From: Patescibacteria group bacterium
Lineage (GTDB): Bacteria; Patescibacteriota; Patescibacteriia; Patescibacteriales; UBA12465
Length of the DNA: 64,000 nucleotides
Direction: 5' to 3'
Assembly (NCBI GenBank): GCA_041658665.1
Contig: JBAZZR010000001.1
Location: forward strand, 128,576-192,575
Below, one piece after another: positions 21,213 to 29,033 of this stretch. The notes beneath the pieces are model-generated. The model was not told the DNA's origin, ran no database searches, and saw only the letters and a list, made by a program, of their open reading frames with translations. Within the stretch, counting starts at the first letter, position 1. The number at the start of each line of letters is the position of its first letter. Position numbers and translations under genes: made by a program.

Positions 21213-21813
21213 TCAGATAAAAGCTATTTTTTTTGATGTCGCCGATGTCTTGGCGGTAGAAAGTTTTACCCTCGGTATCCGGCAGTATGAATATTTACAT
21301 AATATTCCGTCCGGCGAGTTATATGCCGCTATTCATGACCATAGTTATTGGAAAGATTTTTCTTTCGGGCGGATTAACGAAACCGAATATTTGCAGTCGG
21401 TTCAAGACAATTTCGCTGACCAACTAGATATTAATGAGCTGAAAGAATTAATTCTGGCCGGACTATTGCCTAATGACAAATTAATTGATTATTTAAGGAC
21501 TTTAGCTTCGCGCTATACACTAGGAATTATTTCTAATAATCCTAAAGAATGGTTTGATTATTTTTATGATTTAAATAAATTGGAAGAAATTTTTAAAGTA
21601 AAAGCGGTCTCCGGTTACTTAGGCGTCAGGAAACCGGATCAGGCGATATTTATTGAGGCCTTGAAGATGGCTGGCGTCAAACCGACGGAAGCGATTTATG
21701 TCGATGATCGCGAGGAGATGACTAGTGGAGCCGCTGGGCTTGGGATCAGAATCATCGTCTATAAAGGTTTGGAAAATTTTAAAAGTGAGCTTAAAAAATT
21801 TAATATAATTTAA
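21202..21813 (+). CDS. HAD-IA family hydrolase (YihX-like phosphatase type)
   Basis: 203 aa. Motif I IFFDVADVL, II GIISNN, III RKPD, IV IYVDDRE. Overlaps paralog 4 by 11 nt. Confidence 0.75.
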   Translation: MENNQIKAIFFDVADVLAVESFTLGIRQYEYLHNIPSGELYAAIHDHSYWKDFSFGRINETEYLQSVQDNFADQLDINELKELILAGLLPNDKLIDYLRTLASRYTLGIISNNPKEWFDYFYDLNKLEEIFKVKAVSGYLGVRKPDQAIFIEALKMAGVKPTEAIYVDDREEMTSGAAGLGIRIIVYKGLENFKSELKKFNII

Positions 21814-21818
21814 AAAGT

Positions 21819-22853
21819 ATGTCAGAACAAATCAATAATTTATTTTCAGAAAAAACGCAAGAAAAAGAGGTTCCGGCTGTCAGGTATCGGATCATCCGCC
21901 ATGAAGAAAGGACCAATACCGGCGAATTGACCGCAGACGGAATCAAGAATGCCCAGCGGCAAGGACAAAATTTACAGACTACAGCGGAAATAACTAAAGG
22001 TTATGCCAGCCAGGAAAAGAGCGATCGGGCCTATAAGACCGTGGATGCGATTAGCGAGGCATCAGGCCTTAAGTCTCCGCTGACCGAAAAAGCTTATGAG
22101 ACTCGCCGTCGCCCTGGTTTGTTTTATGATTTATCCGGGCCGCTAATGCCGCGGATAGACGGCTATTCTAAATTGATCAATGAGGCGGTTAAGAGAGATT
22201 ATCCTGATTTTGATTCGAAGTCTAGTGACCCGAAATGGGGCAAGATCCGGAAAGAATATCAGCCGATCGGGGTCAAGAAAATGATTGTCGATGACCAAGA
22301 ATTGTCTCATATTTTTTCCATGGGGGCAGCGCATGAACTAGCTGATTTGATGAAAATCGGCGAGCGCTATTCCGATTACCGTGATAAAAAGGCTCAGGAA
22401 GGCACGGGGCAAAATTTAGAAAAAGATTTAGTTATGATGGAAGGCACGTACGGCGGATTTTTAGAGAGCCTATTAAAGAAGACTTTAATTAGGGTTGATA
22501 ATCAAGGGCAGGAGAAGGTCGGTTTTGATACTTTTACCGATGCCAAAGGCAATCCGGAATTAGAATCGGCCCTCGGCGGCATGTTCAAACCGGGTGAGTC
22601 TTTCGATATCGTAGAGAAGATCGGTCAAGAAAAATCGCACCGTTTACCGGTGGAGTTTGAAAATCCGGCGCGGCTGGCGGGAGAAAAATGTTTTTTAGAT
22701 TTAGATCGGGTCAAAATTTTGGCTGATCAATTTAATATTTATTATGAAAAGTTCCAGGCTTGGCAGAAAGATAATGGCCAGGAGGGAGAGTTATTAGCCT
22801 GCCTAGAAGACCTGAAAGCTGATTGGGCGAAGAAATATGAGGGGAATAAATAA
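21819..22853 (+). CDS. Hypothetical protein with a histidine-phosphatase (PGAM-like) type N-terminal motif
   Basis: 344 aa. YRIIRHEERTNTGELTADGIKNAQRQGQNL resembles the RHGE...LT..G..QA..LG opening of histidine phosphatases, with RHE in place of RHG. The rest is unrecognised. Confidence 0.4.
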   Translation: MSEQINNLFSEKTQEKEVPAVRYRIIRHEERTNTGELTADGIKNAQRQGQNLQTTAEITKGYASQEKSDRAYKTVDAISEASGLKSPLTEKAYETRRRPGLFYDLSGPLMPRIDGYSKLINEAVKRDYPDFDSKSSDPKWGKIRKEYQPIGVKKMIVDDQELSHIFSMGAAHELADLMKIGERYSDYRDKKAQEGTGQNLEKDLVMMEGTYGGFLESLLKKTLIRVDNQGQEKVGFDTFTDAKGNPELESALGGMFKPGESFDIVEKIGQEKSHRLPVEFENPARLAGEKCFLDLDRVKILADQFNIYYEKFQAWQKDNGQEGELLACLEDLKADWAKKYEGNK

Positions 22854-22874
22854 AAATGTCCAGATAAAAAATGA

Positions 22875-24350
22875 GTGATGCGGATGAAGGCGCGATTAGA
22901 ATCATCATTTCCGAATAATATGTCTAACGATTATCAATTGTTTAAAAGGTATTTAAAACGAGATTGGTATGTCCAAGGTTTTAGCGCTGTACCGCTTTTT
23001 TTGTCGACGGCCGCGATCAGCGGGACTTTTATGAAGCGTTACTTGGGTTTTGGCTACCGCCATTTCTTATTCAGTTATCATGACGGCTATGGCGAGATGG
23101 CTTATGATCCGGCTGATTTTAAGCATGTCTGGCGGATGGTTAAGCGTCGGCTAAAAGCCGACCCGACATATCTAAAAAAAATCAAAGCGCTTTATTTTCG
23201 TAACTTGCGTCGCTACCAATCTTTTTTAAAAAAATTACAACCGGCCATCTTAGCTCGGGTTTCAGATCAAGAATTGCTTGTTATTTTTCAGCAATTAATC
23301 CTCGCTCAAGTAGATTATGTCGGCGTCGCTCATATCATCGACGCGATCGGTATGGAAATCGAGGGGGAACTCCGGCAACATTTAGGGCGAGAACTGCCCC
23401 CGAGCGCTCGCTCGCGCTTTAATGAAATCTTTTCCGCTCTGATTACACCAAGCCGTCCTTCCTTCGTGAGCCAAGAAGAGCAGGCCCTCCTGGCTATCCG
23501 CGGCGGCGTCAAAAATCAAGCCGCCCTAGAGCGTCACGCGACTAAATATTTTTGGCTGCAGAATAGCTACGCCGGACCGAAGAATATGACGGTGGCTGAT
23601 TTCAAGAAGCGGCTCGTAATCTTACGTCGCGAGAAAACTAAGGCCGCGACAAAAACTAAGATTAAATTTCCTTTTCGTCTTAGCCCCGAGCTAAAAGCTC
23701 TGCGAGCTATTACTGATTATTGTGCTGTCTGGCAGGATGAACGGAAAGCTTTGATATTCAAGAATATTTCTTATACCGGATTTGTCCTGAAAGAGTTAGC
23801 GCGTCGCCTAAAAAAACCGCTGGAATATTTCTGTTATTTAAGTTTGAGCGAAGTACGATCTTTACATTCTCTAGCCGATCTTAAGGGGATGATTAAAATT
23901 TTACAAGAAAGAAAACAGGGCTGTCTGATAGTCATCTACGGGATGACTGATAAAGTTATCAGCGGCCACGATTATAAGCGTTTGCTCAATGGCCGGCATC
24001 GGTTGATAAAACAGCAAGATTTTGTCGCGCAGGAGCTCCACGGCACGGTGGCAAATATCGGTACGGCCATCGGGACGGTACGGATAATAAAGAACCTGTC
24101 GTCTCTAAAAGATTTTGCCGTTGGCGATATTCTAGTTGCTTCTATGACCAGACCGGAATTCATGCCGGCGATTAAGAAAGCGGCGGCCATCGTCACTGAC
24201 GAAGGCGGGGTTACTTGCCACGCGGCCATCATCGCCCGAGAACTTAATATTCCGACAATCATCGGCACCCGTATTGCGACCCAGGTCTTAAAAGACGGGA
24301 TGAAGATAGAAGTTCGGGCTAATCACGGGATAGTTAGGATCATTAACTAA
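22875..24350 (+). CDS. Swivel phosphohistidine domain protein, paralog 5 of 8
   Basis: C-terminus: AVGDILVASMTRPEFMPAI...DEGGVTCHAAIIARELNIPTIIGT...VRA. Anchors KRDWYVQ, KYFWLQNSYAGP, VWQDERK. The track start is GTG; ATG 22920 (MSNDYQ) fits the paralog alignment better. Confidence 0.85.
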   Translation: MMRMKARLESSFPNNMSNDYQLFKRYLKRDWYVQGFSAVPLFLSTAAISGTFMKRYLGFGYRHFLFSYHDGYGEMAYDPADFKHVWRMVKRRLKADPTYLKKIKALYFRNLRRYQSFLKKLQPAILARVSDQELLVIFQQLILAQVDYVGVAHIIDAIGMEIEGELRQHLGRELPPSARSRFNEIFSALITPSRPSFVSQEEQALLAIRGGVKNQAALERHATKYFWLQNSYAGPKNMTVADFKKRLVILRREKTKAATKTKIKFPFRLSPELKALRAITDYCAVWQDERKALIFKNISYTGFVLKELARRLKKPLEYFCYLSLSEVRSLHSLADLKGMIKILQERKQGCLIVIYGMTDKVISGHDYKRLLNGRHRLIKQQDFVAQELHGTVANIGTAIGTVRIIKNLSSLKDFAVGDILVASMTRPEFMPAIKKAAAIVTDEGGVTCHAAIIARELNIPTIIGTRIATQVLKDGMKIEVRANHGIVRIIN

Positions 24351-24351
24351 C

Positions 24352-25785
24352 ATGCTTAAAAATAAAATTGAAAAATTTATTATTTGGGAGAGGCCCTGTT
24401 ACCCAGGTTTAGTTTTTATCGCCGGTGAAGCGGTGGTTATTCCGCATCAGCGCGAGTTTGGCCGACCCTGGGCGAAAACCTATGCTTTTTGGTCAAAAGG
24501 AATGGTCAGATTCATTTGGCCAAAAAAGGAGTTTTTAGCCAATTCGCGTTTTATCGCACAGAATTTTTTAATTGATAGATATCTTATTTCTAAGTTAAAT
24601 AAATTTAAACAACTGGAGCGCAGATTAACTGACTGGCAAAAGAAATTAACTAGGGTAGATTTTAAGAAGTTGTCTGATCGTAATTTTTTGACGCTTATTC
24701 GACAATTTAATCAAGTTTATCTTAATTGGTGGGGCTGGGCGCAGGTAGCCGAACCGGCCGCCGCCGGCCTAGAATCAATTTTACGGGAAAAAATAAAATT
24801 GAGTCATGAGGAATTTAGTATTTTGACTACGCCAACTAAGAAGTCTTATACCATGGTCGAGGAGGAAGAAATTTTTACCTTAGCTTTAATATATAAGAGG
24901 ACTAGATCAATATCGGCCAAGAGGTTAGATCGACATGTGAAAAAATATTTTTGGATTAATAATGGTTATGATCATACTTATTTTCTTGATGCCGATTACT
25001 TCGCTCAGCGAGTGAAAGAGGCGGCCGCTAAGATGAGTGCGCGTCAGATTTCTAGGGCCTTGGCCGGTAATCAAGCTAGACTGTCGTCTAGCCAAGATAA
25101 GATAAAACAGTTGATGCGGCAACTTGGAGTATCGGCCGATATTAAGAAAGTCCTAACATTAATTGATTGGTTGGCCGATTTCCAGGATAAGCGAAAAGCG
25201 ACGTCGTTAAAAATTCATTTTTATCTGGATAAATTTATTAAAGAAGTGTCACGGCGAAGTTATATCACTTATGAGTCGGCTCGTTATTTAATTCCTCAGG
25301 AATACGCAGATGCCATACATGATAAATTGTTTTTGCCTTCTTTTCGACAAAGGCAAAAATATATGGGTATCGTTTATTCGGAGCAAGGTTTAAAATTATA
25401 TGTCGGGTTGGTTGCTAAAAAGATGGAAGAGAAGCTTTTAGGCCGCATTCAAGGATCCGAGACCAATGAAATCGAAGGCGCCCGAGCGATGGGCGGAAAG
25501 ATAGTTGGTCGAGCTAGATTAATTTTAAAAAAGGGTGATATTAATAAGATAAAAGCCGGTGAAATATTGGTGACAACCATGACTTCTCCAGACTTTATTG
25601 CCGCGATGAAGAAAGCCGCCGCGATAGTAACCGATGAAGGCGGTTTAACCTGTCATGCGGCGATAATTAGTCGGGAACTTGGCCTGCCTTGCGTTATCGG
25701 GACAAAAATTGCTACGCGGGTTATCAAAGATGGTGACTGGCTTGAAGTTAATGCTAATCATGGGATAATAAAAATTATCAGATAA
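24352..25785 (+). CDS. Swivel phosphohistidine domain protein, paralog 6 of 8
   Basis: C-terminus: KAGEILVTTMTSPDFIAAM...DEGGLTCHAAIISRELGLPCVIGT...DGDWLEVNA. Anchors FIIWERP, KYFWINNGYDH, FQDKRK. Only a 1-nt gap from paralog 5. Confidence 0.85.
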   Translation: MLKNKIEKFIIWERPCYPGLVFIAGEAVVIPHQREFGRPWAKTYAFWSKGMVRFIWPKKEFLANSRFIAQNFLIDRYLISKLNKFKQLERRLTDWQKKLTRVDFKKLSDRNFLTLIRQFNQVYLNWWGWAQVAEPAAAGLESILREKIKLSHEEFSILTTPTKKSYTMVEEEEIFTLALIYKRTRSISAKRLDRHVKKYFWINNGYDHTYFLDADYFAQRVKEAAAKMSARQISRALAGNQARLSSSQDKIKQLMRQLGVSADIKKVLTLIDWLADFQDKRKATSLKIHFYLDKFIKEVSRRSYITYESARYLIPQEYADAIHDKLFLPSFRQRQKYMGIVYSEQGLKLYVGLVAKKMEEKLLGRIQGSETNEIEGARAMGGKIVGRARLILKKGDINKIKAGEILVTTMTSPDFIAAMKKAAAIVTDEGGLTCHAAIISRELGLPCVIGTKIATRVIKDGDWLEVNANHGIIKIIR

Positions 25786-25794
25786 TATTTATAT

Positions 25795-27240
25795 ATGTCA
25801 GATAAATTTAATCCAATTATCTCCCGAACCACTAAGTTTTCTTTCGCCGACTGCTTGCGTAGCCTACGGAATGATAAAGAATGGATTGTTCAAGAAGCCC
25901 CGGCCGCTCCTTGGTATTGGTGGATTTCTTCAGCCGCCTGGATCCAGGGTTTGACTCAGGCTGGTTATTCACCAGGTAATTTTGTTACCTATTGTTCGGA
26001 CGAAGTTGGCACTTTAGTGGTTAATCGTTTAGTTTTTTTAAAATTAGCCAAAAAATTAATAAAAAAAGAGCTGGCTGGTAATTCAGTTATCAAAAGATGG
26101 CTGGTCCGGTGGAAGGGGACTAATAAAAAATATAATAAGCTCGCTACCCAGATACTTGATATGCGCCTAGATGGTTTATCGGAGTCGGCTTTTCTAGAGT
26201 TATTTGAAAATTTTTGTGCTCTTTATTTCGCGGTAGAGTCCTTACCGCTCGTTAATGAATTTTTTATTCCTTACTCCGACCAACTCTTAGGACGCTTGCA
26301 CGCGCAGTATCCTAATCAAATGGAAACTATCGCCCAGTTGATCGCGCCGCGCCAAAAATCATTTATTCAGATCGAGGAAGACGAATTGAAAAAAATAAAT
26401 AAATTGGTCGGCCGAAGTCAGGCGAAAGCGCTAACTAGACATTTAAAAAAATGGTTATTTATAAATGGTGGCTATGACGGACCTCACCCGGTAACTAAAC
26501 AGCAATTGCGTGCCAAGCTTAAAAAATTAAAAAATAATGAATCAGCTCGTCCGGTTAAGATCGGCTTAACTTCTTTTTTAGATCAAGAAACGAAAACCAT
26601 CCTGCGATTAATCAGCCTAGTTTCTGGTTGGAAAGATCAGCGTAAAAGGAATAATATGCTCGGTTCGGTCGTCCTAGACCGTTTTGCTAAAGCCTTTGTG
26701 ACCCGTTATCAGCTTGATTACCGGTTAGTCAGGTACGCTGTTCCAAGCGAATATCGGCTATTAGTTAAGGCCGATACTAAATTTTTAAAAACTCTGGAGC
26801 AACGAGTTAAGAGCGGCGCCGCCTGGGCTATCAGTCGGAATCGTTATTCTGGAATATTCTCGGAAGCTGAGTATCATAAGTTGCGGAAAGTAATTACTGC
26901 CCTTAAGCAACCCCAGGATATTTTAACCGGTTTGGCCGCTAGCCCAGGACGAGTCCGCGGTCGGATCCGAATTATCCATAATCCGGCGCGGGAGAAATTC
27001 ACGGCCGGCAGTATCCTTTTAACTTCGATGACTCGGCCAGAATTTGTCCCCTTGATCAAGAAAGCTAAGGCAGTCCTATGCGACGAGGGCGGATTATTAT
27101 CTCACGCCGCTATCGTTAGTCGCGAATTTAAGAAACCCTGTATCGTCGGATTGCATCAGGCGATGGCTAGCCTGCAGGACGGGGATCACGTAGAGGTTGA
27201 TGCTAATAGAGGTTTGGTTAAGATTTTAAAACATAATTAG
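25795..27240 (+). CDS. Swivel phosphohistidine domain protein, paralog 7 of 8
   Basis: C-terminus: TAGSILLTSMTRPEFVPLI...DEGGLLSHAAIVSREFKKPCIVGL...DGDHVEVDA. Anchors KEWIVQ, KKWLFINGGYDGP, GWKDQRK. Confidence 0.85.
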   Translation: MSDKFNPIISRTTKFSFADCLRSLRNDKEWIVQEAPAAPWYWWISSAAWIQGLTQAGYSPGNFVTYCSDEVGTLVVNRLVFLKLAKKLIKKELAGNSVIKRWLVRWKGTNKKYNKLATQILDMRLDGLSESAFLELFENFCALYFAVESLPLVNEFFIPYSDQLLGRLHAQYPNQMETIAQLIAPRQKSFIQIEEDELKKINKLVGRSQAKALTRHLKKWLFINGGYDGPHPVTKQQLRAKLKKLKNNESARPVKIGLTSFLDQETKTILRLISLVSGWKDQRKRNNMLGSVVLDRFAKAFVTRYQLDYRLVRYAVPSEYRLLVKADTKFLKTLEQRVKSGAAWAISRNRYSGIFSEAEYHKLRKVITALKQPQDILTGLAASPGRVRGRIRIIHNPAREKFTAGSILLTSMTRPEFVPLIKKAKAVLCDEGGLLSHAAIVSREFKKPCIVGLHQAMASLQDGDHVEVDANRGLVKILKHN

Positions 27241-27248
27241 TATTTATT

Positions 27249-28787
27249 ATGTCTCTTTTTATAACATCAGATTCGATCAAATCTAAAAAATGGTACCGTC
27301 AGCAGACCGAAGCGACGCCTTATTTTATTTATCTGCCTTGTCGTGGTGTAGTAGATTATTTTAAGAATAAGAAAGAAATAATCTGGTATTGCAGCTTAGA
27401 TGAGGCGCGGGGATATTTGGAACAGAATTATATCCGTGAATTGGCGGAAAAACATCTTGCGGCGGAAAAACATCGGCCCGGTTTTTCTAAGAAGCTGTAT
27501 GTTGGGTTTAGGCGCGATATTCAGGAGAAAGATCAGCGTTTATTCCAGGCGATCGACGGAATTGATCTAACAAAGATTAGTGATCAAAAATTATTAGCTT
27601 TTAACCGGTCTCTCGGCCGGCAGGCGTATGCGATGTGGTTGAAATTTTTCATGGATATTTTCGATGTCGACGCCGAGAGCCTGATCGAGCGGGAACTTAT
27701 TAGAGAGAAAAAAACTTTGACGGCGGAAGAGAAGAATCTTCTGACCACGTCGACTCAGCCCTTAGCGAACCAGGAGCAGGAATTGGAATTATTAAAGATT
27801 GTGAAATTAGTGAAAGATGACCCGGACTGCGTTTATCTATTGAATCGGATCCAATCCGCGGATAATATTCATCGTTTGATGTTACACCCCCGGCTTTTGC
27901 ATGGTCTGGAAGCTTATATTAAAAAATACCATTGGATCAGAAATAGCTGGGCTCATGTCAACTTTTTGAATGTATTTGATGTTGTCGATCAGATCAAACA
28001 GATTGTTTCCGGATCCAGAGATATAGACGCCGAAATCAAGCAATTAGAGAATTATAGTCAGGAATTGACCAGCCGGAAGAGAATAATTAGTAAGAAACAT
28101 CATCTTTCTAATTGGCTGGTTCGGATGTTTGAGATGTTCGGTTTCTTGGCGTTTTGGCGCGATAGTCGGAAGGTCCAGATGCAACAGCTGCATTATTATT
28201 TGCAGCTCGTCGGAACGGAGATCGCCCGGCGTAGCCAGTTGAGCTGGGATAAAATTAAATTTTGTGATCCTTTAAGTATCCAGACGATCCCGGTCAAGTC
28301 GCTAGTCTTGGCTCGTTGTTATAAATTTCATAAGAATAGTCGTTTGATGTATTGGGACGGGCGGGTGACTCGACATTTTGATCCGGCTTCGAGTAAGAAA
28401 TTAGTCGCCGCTCTAGAAAGTACATTCAGCACGGAAATGACCGAAATCCGCGGTCTGATTGCTTGCCCTGGCAAAATCAAAGGGGAAGTAGTAGTCATTA
28501 ATAAAAAAAGCGAGTTCAGAAAGATGATGCCGGGTAAAATTCTAGTGACGACGATGACTCGCCCGGATTTTTTGCCCCTGATGAGACAAGCGGCCGCGGT
28601 CGTAACTGACGAAGGCGGGATAACTTCGCATGCGGCTATCGTTTCTCGGGAGCTGAAGATTCCTTGTATCATCGGGACCCAGGTCGGCACTAAGGTTTTA
28701 AAAGATGGATATCAAGTTGAAGTTAATGCTAATCATGGGGTAGTTTTGGTTTTAGATAGCAAAGACCGTCCTCATCGCCAAAAATAA
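27249..28787 (+). CDS. Swivel phosphohistidine domain protein, paralog 8 of 8
   Basis: C-terminus: MPGKILVTTMTRPDFLPLM...DEGGITSHAAIVSRELKIPCIIGT...VEVNA. Anchors KKWYRQ, KKYHWIRNSW, FWRDSRK. Confidence 0.85.
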   Translation: MSLFITSDSIKSKKWYRQQTEATPYFIYLPCRGVVDYFKNKKEIIWYCSLDEARGYLEQNYIRELAEKHLAAEKHRPGFSKKLYVGFRRDIQEKDQRLFQAIDGIDLTKISDQKLLAFNRSLGRQAYAMWLKFFMDIFDVDAESLIERELIREKKTLTAEEKNLLTTSTQPLANQEQELELLKIVKLVKDDPDCVYLLNRIQSADNIHRLMLHPRLLHGLEAYIKKYHWIRNSWAHVNFLNVFDVVDQIKQIVSGSRDIDAEIKQLENYSQELTSRKRIISKKHHLSNWLVRMFEMFGFLAFWRDSRKVQMQQLHYYLQLVGTEIARRSQLSWDKIKFCDPLSIQTIPVKSLVLARCYKFHKNSRLMYWDGRVTRHFDPASSKKLVAALESTFSTEMTEIRGLIACPGKIKGEVVVINKKSEFRKMMPGKILVTTMTRPDFLPLMRQAAAVVTDEGGITSHAAIVSRELKIPCIIGTQVGTKVLKDGYQVEVNANHGVVLVLDSKDRPHRQK

Positions 28788-28790
28788 AAA

Positions 28791-28815
28791 CCCCCTATTC
28801 GGGGGAATTTATTTC
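28791..28815 (+). terminator. Hairpin terminator after paralog 8
   Basis: CCCCC-tattc-GGGGG (28791-28805) followed by aatttattt. It lies 3 nt after the stop codon. Confidence 0.55.
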
Positions 28816-28908
28816 TACACCAGGTAATTTGTTGGCTTAAACTTAACTATATTATTATAGCAAATTAATTTTCGATGCGTCAAATTTTTGATAATAGGCT
28901 AGCAACTG

Positions 28909-28976
28909 TGGACCCGCGGGGATTCGAACCCCGGAGACTTAATTGTTAAGTTTAAGTTCGCTACCTGGCCGGGCCC
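28909..28976 (-). tRNA. Aberrant tRNA-like gene (68 nt): intact acceptor stem and T-arm, reduced D-arm, oversized anticodon loop. Identity undetermined (central triplet UAA).
   Basis: Minus strand reads GGGCCCG-GCCAGGTAGCGA-ACTTAA-ACTTAACAA-TTAAGT-CTC-CGGGG-TTCGAAT-CCCCG-CGGGTCC-A. The acceptor stem is 7 bp with one G-U pair and the T-arm is perfect with a TTCGAAT loop. Only 12 nt are available for positions 8-26, and the anticodon loop is 9 nt (or 7 nt closed by an A-A mismatch). No encoded CCA. Confidence 0.5.
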
Positions 28977-29033
28977 ACAGCAAAATTTAGCTTAACAAAA
29001 TAAAGATTAAGAAAAAATAAATTATTTAATTTT

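Noticed and set aside
15250-28690. Recurrent antisense ORFs opposite the 3' ends of the paralogs (15250-15540, 17104-17292, 18600-18893, 18890-19096, 20871-21187, 23972-24268, 26874-27059, 28328-28690), some with similar peptides (..IQG..S.A.I.AAWQV.PPSSV..)
   Set aside because: They are shadows of the conserved sense-strand swivel-domain sequence. Their mutual similarity simply mirrors sense-strand conservation. They are fully nested in well-supported genes.
14078-28787. Annotating the eight paralogs as phosphoenolpyruvate synthase or pyruvate phosphate dikinase
   Set aside because: They contain only the mobile His domain of that family. No ATP-grasp motif and no C-terminal PEP/pyruvate TIM-barrel are visible, and their lengths (475-517 aa) are far below the ~800-aa enzymes.
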